The notes under the pieces were generated by a model. The model had not been told where the DNA came from, ran no database searches, and was given only the letters and a program-made list of their open reading frames with translations. This document shows, one piece after another, positions 1 through 10,713 of a stretch of 64,000 bases of DNA. Numbering within the stretch: the stretch's first letter is position 1; every line of letters starts with the position of its first letter. The position numbers and the translations under genes were made by a program. The stretch covers positions 1,707 to 65,706 of the forward strand of contig JASFHL010000006.1 in the NCBI GenBank assembly GCA_050123235.1, written 5' to 3'. The stretch comes from Candidatus Woesebacteria bacterium (lineage in GTDB: Bacteria > Patescibacteriota > Microgenomatia > UBA1400 > PJMF01).

Positions 1-1
1 G

Positions 2-1111
2 ACTTTAGTTAATGCTGAAAGATTTATTACCCCTGAACTAAAAAAACATGAAGAAATTATTCTCTTGGCTGAAGAAAAAACTCAAAACATAGAATATCAG
101 ATTTTTTTAGATTTGATTGAAAAAATTTTAAAAAAAGTAAGTCAAGTTAAAAAAGCCGCTGAGCAAATTGCACTCTTAGATTATCTGCTTAATTTTGCCA
201 ACTTAGCAGAAAAACATCAATACTGTAAACCTAAACTTAACAATAATGGGAAATTAATAATCAGAGAGGGCAGACATCCAGTGGTGGAATCACTGGAAAA
301 AGAAAAACAATTTATCCCCAATGATAGTTATTTGAATCAAAAAGAAAATCAACTTTTGCTGATTACTGGCCCTAATATGGCAGGAAAATCTGTTTATATT
401 CGTCAAGTTGCGCTGATTGCTTTAATGGCTCATCTAGGCAGTTATGTCCCAGCTACAAAAGCTAATATTTGCCTTTTGGATAAAATTTTCGTGCGTAGTG
501 GCGCTAGTGACATGATTAGTGCAGGTTTATCTACTTTCATGTTGGAAATGGTGGAAGCAGCTTATATCTTAAATCATGCTACAAATGATAGCTTGATTAT
601 TATGGATGAAATCGGTCGTGGCACTAGCACTTATGATGGTATTAGCATTGCTTGGTCTATTGCACAATACCTAGTAAGTAAAAAAAGTAAACAGGCCAAA
701 ACTCTTTTTGCTACTCATTATCATGAACTTCAAGAATTGGCCACTAAATTCCCCAAAAAAATAAAAAACTTTCATCTTAAAATTGCCGAATACAATAATG
801 AGCCAATCTTTCTACACCAAGTAACTCCAGGTGGAGCTTCTCACAGTTTTGGCATAGCTGTAGCTAAATTAGCTGGTATTCCCGAAGAAGTAAGCAGTAA
901 TGCAAAACAGATTCTGCAGAAAATGGAGGCTAAACAAAGTTTTAAAGCTAAGTTAAAGCAAAGTAAAGCAAAATTAAGAGTAAAAACTCAAAAAAAATCA
1001 GAGTTGATAGATTTAATAAAAAGTATCAATATAGAACAGATGACTCCATTGAAAGCTTTAAATACCTTAGCAGAGATAATTAATAAAACAGAGAATAATG
1101 CCGAAAATTAA
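2..1111 (+). CDS. mutS: DNA mismatch repair protein MutS, C-terminal part (5' end outside window)
   Basis: Frame is open from position 2 (TLVNAERFITPELK). Walker A TGPNMAGKS, STFMLEM, DEIGRGTSTYDG, FATHYHEL, C-terminal MTPLKAL. Confidence 0.97.
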   Translation, partial: TLVNAERFITPELKKHEEIILLAEEKTQNIEYQIFLDLIEKILKKVSQVKKAAEQIALLDYLLNFANLAEKHQYCKPKLNNNGKLIIREGRHPVVESLEKEKQFIPNDSYLNQKENQLLLITGPNMAGKSVYIRQVALIALMAHLGSYVPATKANICLLDKIFVRSGASDMISAGLSTFMLEMVEAAYILNHATNDSLIIMDEIGRGTSTYDGISIAWSIAQYLVSKKSKQAKTLFATHYHELQELATKFPKKIKNFHLKIAEYNNEPIFLHQVTPGGASHSFGIAVAKLAGIPEEVSSNAKQILQKMEAKQSFKAKLKQSKAKLRVKTQKKSELIDLIKSINIEQMTPLKALNTLAEIINKTENNAEN

Positions 1112-2807
1112 AATTCTATCTGAAGAACTACAAAATAAGATTGCTGCTGGTGAGGTAATTGAGCGTCCAGCGTCAGTGGTTAAAGAGCTAGTTGAGAACT
1201 CACTTGATGCTGGAGCTGATTCAATTAAAATCTTACTGGAAAATAGTGGTTTGAAAAGAATTGTAGTAGCTGATAATGGTTTAGGAATGGATAAGACAGA
1301 TTTAGAACTAGCAACTTTGGCTCATAGCACTAGTAAATTGGAAAAAACAGAAGATCTATTAGCGATTCAGTCTTTAGGTTTTAGGGGAGAAGCTTTGGCT
1401 AGTATCAGTCAAATTAGCCAGCTTAATATCAAAAGTAAAACTGATGAAGCTGAATTTGGTTCTGAATTAGAAAATTATGGGGGAAAAATTCAAACTCTAA
1501 AGCCAGTAGCTAGTACTACAGGTACTACAGTGATTGTTGAAAACTTATTTTACAGTGTACCAGTGAGAAAAAAATTTTTGAAATCTCTTGCTACTGAACT
1601 GAGAAAAGTCATACAGATAGTTAGTTATTTTGCTTTAGCTCATGCTGATAAGAGATTTTTTCTCTCTCATAATGGAAAAACTGTTTTGGACCTTCCTCCT
1701 CAGAGTATTGAGCTGAGGATCAGTAATTTATTAGGTAGAGCAACTTTTCTAAATTTGATCCCTCTAAGTAATAATGACCCTTACTTTTCCATATCAGGTT
1801 TTATTTCTAAACCACAAATTGCTAGAAAATCTCGTAGAAAACAATTTTTCTTTGTCAATCAACGGCCAATTAAAAACAAAATTTTTTCTGCTGTGATCAA
1901 GCAAAGTTATAGTGATCTATTGGAAAAAACAGTTTATCCACCATTTATTATTTTTCTAAAATCTCCTTTTGAAAACGTTGATGTAAATATCCATCCTAGA
2001 AAAGAAGAAGTTAAATTTCTAGATGATCAAAATCTTATTGACTTGACAAAAAAAACCATTCAGCAAACTTTAGAGCAGGCGAATTTAAGTTTCCAAAACA
2101 ATGCCCATCACTTTATTTATCAAACACAACAAACACAAAAAAGACAATACAAACTTAAAGATCATAATCAGCTATCTGTCACTAAAAAACTATTGAAAAA
2201 AAATCTAAAACCTTGGCTTAATCAAGGAAAGGAGCAAGATATAGAGATTAGTCAAATTAATGGATTATATCTAGTTCAAGAAACTGCCACTGGCTTAATC
2301 ATCATTGATCAACATGCAGCTCATGAACGAATCTTATACGAGGAATTAAGTGACAGTTTTAAAAAACAATCTCTAGCGAAAATTAAACTCAGTAAAACTA
2401 TTCTTCTAGAGCTTTCTGTCACAGAAGCTGAACTTCTGAAAGAAAATCTTGAAAAATTTAGAAACTTAGCCTTTGAGATTGATCATTTTTATGAAAATAC
2501 TTTTAAAGTAACAGCTATACCCAAAATTTTACAAAAAAGGAATATCAGTAAAATCATTAATGAATTATTAGACGATATCGCTCAAAATAGAGAACTTGAG
2601 ACCATTGACTTACAGAGTAAAAAACTAATTAAATATTTAGCTTGCCGCAGCGCTATCAAAGCTGGCGATTATCTGAACCAGGCAGAAAGAAAAAAGTTGA
2701 TTGCTGAATTAAAAAAAACAAAATCACCTTATACCTGTCCTCATGGCAGACCTGCTTTTATTGAAATTAGCTTTGAGGAACTAGCAAAGATGTTTAGCAG
2801 AACTTAA
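1098..2807 (+). CDS. mutL: DNA mismatch repair endonuclease MutL
   Basis: IAAGEVIERPASVVKELVENSLDAG and GFRGEAL; endonuclease motifs DQHAAHERILYE, ACR and CPHGRP (MutH-independent type). Overlaps mutS. Confidence 0.97.
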   Translation: MPKIKILSEELQNKIAAGEVIERPASVVKELVENSLDAGADSIKILLENSGLKRIVVADNGLGMDKTDLELATLAHSTSKLEKTEDLLAIQSLGFRGEALASISQISQLNIKSKTDEAEFGSELENYGGKIQTLKPVASTTGTTVIVENLFYSVPVRKKFLKSLATELRKVIQIVSYFALAHADKRFFLSHNGKTVLDLPPQSIELRISNLLGRATFLNLIPLSNNDPYFSISGFISKPQIARKSRRKQFFFVNQRPIKNKIFSAVIKQSYSDLLEKTVYPPFIIFLKSPFENVDVNIHPRKEEVKFLDDQNLIDLTKKTIQQTLEQANLSFQNNAHHFIYQTQQTQKRQYKLKDHNQLSVTKKLLKKNLKPWLNQGKEQDIEISQINGLYLVQETATGLIIIDQHAAHERILYEELSDSFKKQSLAKIKLSKTILLELSVTEAELLKENLEKFRNLAFEIDHFYENTFKVTAIPKILQKRNISKIINELLDDIAQNRELETIDLQSKKLIKYLACRSAIKAGDYLNQAERKKLIAELKKTKSPYTCPHGRPAFIEISFEELAKMFSRT

Positions 2808-4444
2808 TATAATTTTTCCAAATACTCCTTCATCATCCTTTGAGCGCCAAATTGTCCAGCTAAGGAAACTGACTTCTTCATCATTTTTAGCCACTGTTCA
2901 GGAACTCCTACAGCGTTTCTGTCATAAAAAACTGGAATTATTTTTCCTTCCAGTTTTTCATACAAGTCATCGCTAACCCGTTTGCTGTCAATCATCCAAC
3001 CGGTTTCTGCCCAATCCACTTCATTAGCCCAACCATCATCCACAGTAGCTTGCAAAACTCCATTGGAGATGGCTTTCATCCCTGAGGTACCACAAGCTTC
3101 TTTACCCCACTCAGGAATATTTAGCCAAAGGTCTGAACCTTTGACCAATTTATTAGCTATATCTAGATTATAGTCAGGAATAAAAATGGCAGAACCAGCT
3201 AATTCTCTAGCCATCTGTTTAATAATTTTTTGTAGACGAATTTTGCCAGCAGAATCTAATAAATGAGCTTTACCTGATATTAGAAGCTGAACCGGCTTTT
3301 CTTGATTTTTAAGAACTGATCTTAGTCTTTCTAGATCCCGAAAAATAGCATCCAGTCTTTTATAGCCAGCGATTCTTTTAGCCCAAGTAATAACTAGTTG
3401 CTTTTCATCATAGCTAAAACCTGTATGCTTTAAAACAAAATCAGCTAACTCTTTCTTTTTTTTCAAATGAACGTGCCATAATTCATCAGTTTTTAGATTT
3501 GCCTGCCTAACTTCCTGATCTTGCCAGGTAGGCAAGTGAACTCCGTTTGTAACATTAACCCAGTCATAACTAGGCCAACGCTCCTTTGAAAGCTTGGTAT
3601 GCAGTTTACTAACACCATTAGCTCTTCTTGATTTCCTCAAGGCAAAATCAGTCATAGAAAAATACTTTTCTTCACTTTCTGCTGTAACACCAGGTTCCAA
3701 TAATTGATCTAACTCTATTCCCATTCTTTCGGCATAATAGGCTGCATATCTTTTCAAAAGAGTTAAATTAATATTATTATTGCCAGCTGCTACTAAGGTA
3801 TGATTGGTATAAACAGTTTTATCTTTAATTAATTGACTGGCTTCGGTGTAACTCAAACCATGATCATTCATAGATTCCCTAGTCAATTGCCAATGAATAA
3901 AAGCGGGTCTGCCTTCGTTAATATGAAAAACAGCTGGATGAATACCTAAGATTTTGAGCAACTTAATTCCGCCCATACCTAAAATGAATTGTTGTTTTAA
4001 AACACTTTCCTCAGTGCCGGCATAAAGTGTGTGAGTAATGCTTCGCTCTGAAAGTTGATTTTGATCAGTATCTGTATCCAAGAGATAAAGTGTTACTTGA
4101 TCACTAATAGTTTTTTTCCAAACTCTAGCCCAGATGGCTAATTCAGTAAGATGTATTCTTACAAAAACTGGTTGATTATCTAAATAAACATGTTCTAAAC
4201 CAGCAGACAAAGGATCAAAGTCCATATCTTTTTCCTCTTGCATACCTTGATCATTAATAAACTGAATAGCGCGTTCCCCTCGATATAACAAGCCAATAGC
4301 TACTAAAGGTAAACTTAAATCAACAGCTGCTTTGAGCGTATCCCCAGCTAAGACCCCTAAACCACCAGCATAAAGCGGTAGATTGCTCTGAAGACCATAT
4401 TCAGCACAAAAATAGGCAATTGGGTTTTGAGGGGTGATTTTCAT
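2804..4444 (-). CDS. glgP: Alpha-glucan (glycogen/maltodextrin) phosphorylase, short form
   Basis: YAGGLGVLAGD, HINEG, TNGVH and PLP-lysine motif EACGTSGMKA. Confidence 0.92.
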   Translation of the reverse strand: MKITPQNPIAYFCAEYGLQSNLPLYAGGLGVLAGDTLKAAVDLSLPLVAIGLLYRGERAIQFINDQGMQEEKDMDFDPLSAGLEHVYLDNQPVFVRIHLTELAIWARVWKKTISDQVTLYLLDTDTDQNQLSERSITHTLYAGTEESVLKQQFILGMGGIKLLKILGIHPAVFHINEGRPAFIHWQLTRESMNDHGLSYTEASQLIKDKTVYTNHTLVAAGNNNINLTLLKRYAAYYAERMGIELDQLLEPGVTAESEEKYFSMTDFALRKSRRANGVSKLHTKLSKERWPSYDWVNVTNGVHLPTWQDQEVRQANLKTDELWHVHLKKKKELADFVLKHTGFSYDEKQLVITWAKRIAGYKRLDAIFRDLERLRSVLKNQEKPVQLLISGKAHLLDSAGKIRLQKIIKQMARELAGSAIFIPDYNLDIANKLVKGSDLWLNIPEWGKEACGTSGMKAISNGVLQATVDDGWANEVDWAETGWMIDSKRVSDDLYEKLEGKIIPVFYDRNAVGVPEQWLKMMKKSVSLAGQFGAQRMMKEYLEKLY

Positions 4445-4515
4445 AGTAATAATTAAACTATTAATAGATGATTTTTATCAAGTAGGGAAGTTTATATTTA
4501 AAATATAAACTTAAT

Positions 4516-4962
4516 TTAACGAATAAAAAAGGCTGTTTTGAAAAAGTAATTTACAGATTTACCTTCCGTTTTTTGTTCATAAGCTTCTATAACATCAACT
4601 TGAGTATTTCTAACAGAGATAGATCTTAAACGAAAAAAATGATTATCTAGATAAGCCATTTTAAATATATCTTTAGATAAGGGTTTCCAAATTTCTAAAT
4701 AATAAATTTGAGTAAAACCTTTTTCTTTTGCCTGCTCTAAAATTAACCACAGTTCTTTCAAATCTGATATATGCTCTTTTGCAAAAGGCTTATCACCATA
4801 TTCAGCTTTTAATTGGCCTAGTAAAAAATTAGTTTTAATAGGTGATAAAGGTGGTTTATCGTTTAGATCTGGATCCTCTCCTGCCGAACCATATCTATAT
4901 CCACCACTTCCTTCTATCGAAGAGGGGAATTGTTCATCAGAGCTTTTGAAAAACATAATCAA
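4516..4962 (-). CDS. Hypothetical protein
   Basis: 148-aa ORF tightly following secF; no recognised motif. Confidence 0.6.
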   Translation of the reverse strand: MIMFFKSSDEQFPSSIEGSGGYRYGSAGEDPDLNDKPPLSPIKTNFLLGQLKAEYGDKPFAKEHISDLKELWLILEQAKEKGFTQIYYLEIWKPLSKDIFKMAYLDNHFFRLRSISVRNTQVDVIEAYEQKTEGKSVNYFFKTAFFIR

Positions 4963-4966
4963 TTTC

Positions 4967-5848
4967 CTACATTTTCTTTTTATTTTTTAATTCATCCCAT
5001 GATAACAAAATTGGCACTGCTGTGAAAGTGCTAGAGTAAGTACCAGTTATAGCACCAATTAAGAGAGCAATTGCAAACCAGCGGATTGTCTCTCCTCCCA
5101 AGATTACTAGAGCTAGAAGCATCAAAATAATGGTTACACTGTTGTTAATAGAACGAGCTAGAGTTTCTAAAACTGCCACATTGGCTATGGTTTCTAGATT
5201 TTCTTTGTGATGTCTTTTTCGTAATTCTCTAATACGATCAAAAACCACGATAGTATCGTGAATTGAAAAAGACAAAGTAGTCAAAACAGCTGTCACAAAT
5301 AAGACGTCAACTTCTACTTTGAAAAAGTAGCCTAGCAAGCTAAAACTCCCTAATAAAATCAAAGAATCATGAAACATGGCTAAAATAGCACTTAGTCCAA
5401 ATTTTAATTCATCAAATTGGCGCCAAACGTAAATTGTAATAAAAATGGATAAAATCAAAACAGCAGCGAGTGTTTTGACTAATAATTCTTTTCCTAAAGT
5501 TGGGCCAACTGTTTCAAAACGTATTTCTTCAAGCTCAGCATAACTTTCAACTATTTTTGTCAAAACTTGCTCTTTTTGTTCTTGTTTAATAGCTTTGCCT
5601 CTAAGAATGAATTGGTTAAAACCAGAACGTTGAACACTACTGATTGTGTAAATTTCATTAAGTTTATTTTCTAATTCTTCTTGTTTTAAAATAATTTCAT
5701 CATTGCTTTTCAATCTTAATTCCAATAAAGAGCCACCAGTAAAATCAATCGAAGGTTTTAAACCGAAAAAAATTAAAGATAAAATTCCTGGTATAAGGAA
5801 AAATAGAGAAACGGCAAAATAGAATTTCTTAAAACGCATTAAATTCAT
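4967..5848 (-). CDS. secF: Protein translocase subunit SecF
   Basis: IDFTGG, VGPTLG, HD, SIHDTIVVFDRIRE; six TM helices; follows secD. Confidence 0.96.
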   Translation of the reverse strand: MNLMRFKKFYFAVSLFFLIPGILSLIFFGLKPSIDFTGGSLLELRLKSNDEIILKQEELENKLNEIYTISSVQRSGFNQFILRGKAIKQEQKEQVLTKIVESYAELEEIRFETVGPTLGKELLVKTLAAVLILSIFITIYVWRQFDELKFGLSAILAMFHDSLILLGSFSLLGYFFKVEVDVLFVTAVLTTLSFSIHDTIVVFDRIRELRKRHHKENLETIANVAVLETLARSINNSVTIILMLLALVILGGETIRWFAIALLIGAITGTYSSTFTAVPILLSWDELKNKKKM

Positions 5849-7314
5849 GAATTTGAGCTCTCCTCAATTAGTTTTTTAGCTAAAATAGGCATCAAGATTC
5901 TCATTAAAGTACGAGTGACCACAATGCCTGTAAATAAACTGATAATCACACCTATTAATAGAGTAATCCCAAAGCCTCTCACTAAACCGCTGCTGTTTAA
6001 AAAACGAAAATTAAGAGGATTAATTAGTACTAAAGCAGTTAAAATGGTGGCTAAATTGGCATCTTTAATACTATCCCAGGCTCTACCAAAACCTAATTCT
6101 AATGCCCGATCAGCTGCCTGACCCACTCGCAATTCTTCTTTCATTCTTTCAAAAATTAAAATATTGGCATCAACAGCCATACCAATAGTTAGAATCAAAC
6201 CTGCTATGCCAGGCAAAGTTAAAGTCACTCCCAATACTTTATAAGTAGCGATGGAAAGAATTGCATAAATCAATAAAGCAAGATCAGCGACTAAACCTTT
6301 CCAGCCATAATAAAGCAGCATAAATAACATTACTAAACTTAAACCAATCACTCCGGCTCTAATACTTTGCTTAACAGATAATTCCCCTAGGCTAGCTCCA
6401 ATTGTTCTTTGTTCCAAAACTTCAACTGGCACTGGCATAGCTCCAGCATTAAGCTGGATGGACAATTCTTTAGCTTGATTTAAATCAAAATTGCCAGAAA
6501 TAACTGCTACTCCATCAAGAATAGCCGTATTGATTCGAGGAGTGGTCACTGGCACATCATCAATGAAGATGGCTAGAACTTCACCAACATTCTCAGAGGT
6601 AATCTTAGCAAATAGTTCTTTGCCTTGATCATTAAATTCCATCATCACCACAGGTTCACCTGTTTGAGGATCAAATTGTGCTTGCGCCTTTTTTAATTCT
6701 TTACCTGTTAACTCAGTTTTTTCAAAATTTTCAAAAAAATTAAGTTTTGTTTTAAGCAATTCTGCTGAATCTGAAGCCTGACTTGCTGACGCTGAAGCTT
6801 TTGCTTCTGAATCAAACTCTGACTCTTCTTTTCTTAGCTCAAGAGCTGTACTTTTTTCTAATCTAAAATCTAGTTGAGCAGTCTTACCGACTAAGCTTAG
6901 AGCTTGATTGGGATCATCTACTCCAGCTAATTCAACTATAATACGATAATCATCTTCTCCAGCTTTGGCAGTTTGCACCACTGGTTCGTTAATGCCATAC
7001 AAGTCAACTCTTTTCAAAATTATATTTTTGGCAGATTCAAGTGCTGTTTCTCTATTAATTTCTTCTATCTCTGACATATCAGCTTTAAGAATTACTTGCA
7101 TACCTCCTTGAATATCCAAACCTTTTTTCAAAATAAATTCCTTATGGATATATTTACCAAATAGAAAAAATTTTATTTGTGGAAGCTCAATTTGTTTTTT
7201 AAACTCTTTATCTAAAAAATTAAAATTTAAAACAAACTGAGCTGGCAACGCAATATAGAGTGAAACAATTGTCAAGACAATGATTAAAACTAAAACACGA
7301 AATGATTTTTTCAT
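5845..7314 (-). CDS. secD: Protein translocase subunit SecD
   Basis: GLDIQGG, IGASLG, LTLPGIAGLILTIGMAVDANILIFER. Confidence 0.96.
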   Translation of the reverse strand: MKKSFRVLVLIIVLTIVSLYIALPAQFVLNFNFLDKEFKKQIELPQIKFFLFGKYIHKEFILKKGLDIQGGMQVILKADMSEIEEINRETALESAKNIILKRVDLYGINEPVVQTAKAGEDDYRIIVELAGVDDPNQALSLVGKTAQLDFRLEKSTALELRKEESEFDSEAKASASASQASDSAELLKTKLNFFENFEKTELTGKELKKAQAQFDPQTGEPVVMMEFNDQGKELFAKITSENVGEVLAIFIDDVPVTTPRINTAILDGVAVISGNFDLNQAKELSIQLNAGAMPVPVEVLEQRTIGASLGELSVKQSIRAGVIGLSLVMLFMLLYYGWKGLVADLALLIYAILSIATYKVLGVTLTLPGIAGLILTIGMAVDANILIFERMKEELRVGQAADRALELGFGRAWDSIKDANLATILTALVLINPLNFRFLNSSGLVRGFGITLLIGVIISLFTGIVVTRTLMRILMPILAKKLIEESSNS

Positions 7315-7316
7315 TT

Positions 7317-7916
7317 TTATTTAAGGGGTAACTTTCTTTCTGCAAATTCATCTTCATCACCAATAATCATAATACGAGTGCTATATAAAATATCCATGAT
7401 AAAAGGATCACGCCTAGTTTTTCTAAACTCAAATTCATCATGGCTAAAAACAGCATAATTGATCTCTCGCTCAAGCTTTTTCTCTTGTTCTTTAATCAGT
7501 TGTTCTAACTCTGGCAAAACAACATCACCAATTACTAAAATATCTACTTCATCCTTCATAGGTCTTAAACCACGAGTAAATTTTCCAGAAAACATCACAA
7601 ATTCTAGTGAACCTAACTTTCTTCTCATCCTTCTAAGCTTTTTACCTAAACCAGTGCTCTTAGCTACCATCTGCTGCAGTTCTTGGAAATACAAATATCT
7701 TTTATTTAAAAAATAATAAAGCCTATTGCCTCTTTCTTCACTTTTCAAAATTCCGCAATCAAGCATTCTGTCTAATTCTCTTCTAACAGCATTGATTTCT
7801 TCTTTAACCAACCTCGTTACTTGTCTCACATAAAACATTTCTTCAGCGTTTTGAAAGAAAAGTTCCATCATTTTTACTCTGACTCTAGAGATCATGAAAT
7901 CTTTGAGACTAGTCAT
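7317..7916 (-). CDS. Winged-HTH plus degenerate nucleotidyltransferase (MNT-like) domain protein
   Basis: N-terminal wHTH (YVRQVTRLVKEEINAVRRELDRM..GIL..GNRLYY). C-terminal FSGKF..DEVDILVIG resembles the Pol-beta GS..DxD motif. Confidence 0.75.
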   Translation of the reverse strand: MTSLKDFMISRVRVKMMELFFQNAEEMFYVRQVTRLVKEEINAVRRELDRMLDCGILKSEERGNRLYYFLNKRYLYFQELQQMVAKSTGLGKKLRRMRRKLGSLEFVMFSGKFTRGLRPMKDEVDILVIGDVVLPELEQLIKEQEKKLEREINYAVFSHDEFEFRKTRRDPFIMDILYSTRIMIIGDEDEFAERKLPLK

Positions 7917-7989
7917 AGCAATCCCTCTAAAAAAGATTAGTTTTTGTACTCAGATTGTAAGAAGAGATTTAAAAAATAGCAAGAGTAAA

Positions 7990-9219
7990 TTAATAAACTA
8001 CTTCATTATCTTTTGGCAAAATCGAAATCCAAGTTAAACCTCTTGCTAATTCAATGTCATTGCCTTTTTTATCAAGAAATTTTAATTCTGATTCGCGTTC
8101 TTCCTTGGACCAGACTGCTTCAATTGCTTCTCCATTTTTAAAAATTAAAGCTTTGCCTGTGCCAATAGTGCCATAAAGAACATGCTTTTTCTCATTAATA
8201 GGACCTTTTTCTGTGGTCAAAATCACAATCACATTACTGGCAGCAACTTGTTTATTATTATTATGATCTTTATGAGGCTGTCCAGCCATACTTCTTAGAT
8301 AAGCATTAGTTTCCAAGTCATAATCCCATTGGACAGTATAATCACCGCCAATACCATTATCCCAAAATTGATAGGAAACTTTTTTGACATCTCCAGCTTC
8401 TCCTGGTTCTTCTTCAAAAACCCACCCTTCATAACCTTCTTTCCAGTCAGTGCCACCGACTGTCTTTCTGCCAATCGTTCGTTCTGGTGAAATATTAGTC
8501 CATTCTCTTTTTTCAGCTACCTTCCACAACCTTTCAGTAGAAGTAACTCCAGTATGTTCAGTAGCCACATCTTTACTTAGACGATTATAATCTTTGTAAT
8601 AAGTAGGATAACCAAGCGTAAAACCTAAGTTCATGTCATTGTTTAAATTCCAACCATATTCTCTAATCTGACCTAAAGCATCACTAGGACCGGCAACATT
8701 AGCTCCACCCACGTGAACATACATTGGCTCATTAAAACCAGAGGCATAATCAATAAAATAGGTTCTAGCACTACGCACTGGAGCAATCATTACATCATGA
8801 GATTGAGCATCGCAATAATAAATCAACATAAAACGAGTTACCCCACCTTCGGCCACAGCTTCAAAAGCAATATCAACATTTGAAACACCAGATTGAGGCC
8901 TGGCATCAGGATGATTTTCTACCATCACTGCTAAAGGTCTTCTTTTTTGCCATGCCTCTTGCTCTATATCAGTAAAATATTTACCATTCAAGGGGCAAAC
9001 CTTGTCTTTAGGAGCATTAGGATCTATTTCAAGTAAAGTGGCTAAAGGCTCAGCTTCTATGCCTTCATCTTCTACTGGGCCAGTAACTGGCCTAGTGGTT
9101 TCTGGGCCAGCAAAAAAAGATAAAGCTGTAAAAGAAGTTAAAGCTGATACTATATATAAGACTAAAGCTAAAATTAAATTTTTTTTCTGCATTAATATCC
9201 TTTCACAAATTCTTGACAA
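7990..9219 (-). CDS. DUF3048 / YerB-like membrane-anchored exported protein (true start probably MQKK at 9192)
   Basis: RPLAVMVENHPDARPQSG, EGGVTRF, PVRSAR, YVHVGG, L.RG.TWI; N-terminal TM helix. Confidence 0.88.
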   Translation of the reverse strand: MSRICERILMQKKNLILALVLYIVSALTSFTALSFFAGPETTRPVTGPVEDEGIEAEPLATLLEIDPNAPKDKVCPLNGKYFTDIEQEAWQKRRPLAVMVENHPDARPQSGVSNVDIAFEAVAEGGVTRFMLIYYCDAQSHDVMIAPVRSARTYFIDYASGFNEPMYVHVGGANVAGPSDALGQIREYGWNLNNDMNLGFTLGYPTYYKDYNRLSKDVATEHTGVTSTERLWKVAEKREWTNISPERTIGRKTVGGTDWKEGYEGWVFEEEPGEAGDVKKVSYQFWDNGIGGDYTVQWDYDLETNAYLRSMAGQPHKDHNNNKQVAASNVIVILTTEKGPINEKKHVLYGTIGTGKALIFKNGEAIEAVWSKEERESELKFLDKKGNDIELARGLTWISILPKDNEVVY

Positions 9220-9287
9220 GTATTATTTTTACCATAAATAATTTAAATTAGGAATTCTTAAAATAAAATCATCAAGATCAAGCTTTT

Positions 9288-9554
9288 TTATAGATAAAAC
9301 TTAATAATCAACAAAATGATAACTGTGATAGCAGTAACTAAGATTGTTTTTCTTAAATCTTGATAGATCAACTTAATATCAAAACCAAAAATTTTATTTA
9401 AACTAGCAGTCATTTGCTGACTGCTTTTGTCCGCTGATCCGTTATTTAAGTTCCTTTCTTTTTGTCTATTATCTAACAAAGTAGCTGCTTTGGCTACTAG
9501 CTTTCTTTTTTTACTAATCTTCTGTTTTTGTCGTCTGGTTCTCTTTTTAGCCAT
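9288..9554 (-). CDS. Small membrane protein with basic N-terminus
   Basis: K/R-rich N-terminus and C-terminal TM helix; overlaps the rseP stop. Confidence 0.7.
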   Translation of the reverse strand: MAKKRTRRQKQKISKKRKLVAKAATLLDNRQKERNLNNGSADKSSQQMTASLNKIFGFDIKLIYQDLRKTILVTAITVIILLIIKFYL

Positions 9555-10713
9555 TGAAAATTCCCCAAATATCTTTAATCGTCACTAAGATTAATAAGGC
9601 AAATAATAAGGCAAAACCACCATAATTGGCAAAGTTCTCAATTTTCTCTATTCGTTTTTTACCTAGCATTTTTTCTAAAAAAATAAATAGTGCTCTACCT
9701 CCATCTAGAGCAGGAATAGGTAAAAGATTCATAATTGCTAAGTTGATAGAGAGCATGGCTGAAAAAGTTAAAATTGAAACCCAACCGCTGGCAGCCAAAT
9801 CTACTTTATGAGCTTGGTGAACAATCCCAACCGGCCCAGCTATATCTTGAGGAATTCCAGCTCCAAGAAAAATGTCAAGCAACATTTTAGACAAAAACAT
9901 AATAATCATTGCTCCCATCATCACAGCTTCTGTTAAACCATAGAAAATCCCTCTAAATGGTCTTTCTAAAATAGGATAAAATTTAAAATAAGCCTCAGCA
10001 AAGACAATTCCCATTGAACCTTGCCCTTCAGGTGTTTCTTCTATTGTTCTTAAATAAACATCAAATTCTTGATTAGCATCCTCACAACTAAGTTCATAAC
10101 AAGGACCACTAGTAACAAGAGTAACTCTATTGCCCCGATATTTATCAATTACCTCTGCAGCTTCAGTAATATTATTTATCGAATGAAACTCATCTCCAAA
10201 CTTAATAGCCTTGATATTCACATTAGTTGGTAAATTAGCTTGAGCAGCAGGAGTATCTGGCATAACCTGTTCTATTCTAGCTTGTCCTTCCAAAAAAACA
10301 GGAATACCTATAAAGGAAAAAATAATTGAAAAAGCTAGCACTCCATATAAAAAATTAATAATTGGTCCTGCTAAAATTACAGCAATTCTTTGTTTCTTTG
10401 ATTTTTCATAAAAAGCAGAACCATTTTTTTTAATCAGAAGTTGTTTTTTACTTAATTTCTTTTTTAACTGTTTTTCTTTTTTTTCTTCCTGCTTTGGGCC
10501 ATCTTCCCCTTCTAATCTGACAAAGCCTCCAAAAGGAATAGCATTTAAAGTAAAAGCAGTCCCTTTCCATTCAAATAATTTAAGTAGTTTTGGGGGATAA
10601 CCAAAGCCAAACTCTTCGACATTAATCTTGTTTTTTTTTGCAAGTAAAAAATGACCCAGCTCGTGGATCATAATTAAAAAAGAAATTATGAAAATAACAA
10701 TTAAAATGGACAT
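9547..10713 (-). CDS. rseP: Site-2 (M50) RIP metalloprotease with PDZ domain
   Basis: HELGH, PFGGFV, AGP, NLLPIPALDGGR. Confidence 0.95.
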   Translation of the reverse strand: MSILIVIFIISFLIMIHELGHFLLAKKNKINVEEFGFGYPPKLLKLFEWKGTAFTLNAIPFGGFVRLEGEDGPKQEEKKEKQLKKKLSKKQLLIKKNGSAFYEKSKKQRIAVILAGPIINFLYGVLAFSIIFSFIGIPVFLEGQARIEQVMPDTPAAQANLPTNVNIKAIKFGDEFHSINNITEAAEVIDKYRGNRVTLVTSGPCYELSCEDANQEFDVYLRTIEETPEGQGSMGIVFAEAYFKFYPILERPFRGIFYGLTEAVMMGAMIIMFLSKMLLDIFLGAGIPQDIAGPVGIVHQAHKVDLAASGWVSILTFSAMLSINLAIMNLLPIPALDGGRALFIFLEKMLGKKRIEKIENFANYGGFALLFALLILVTIKDIWGIFNG

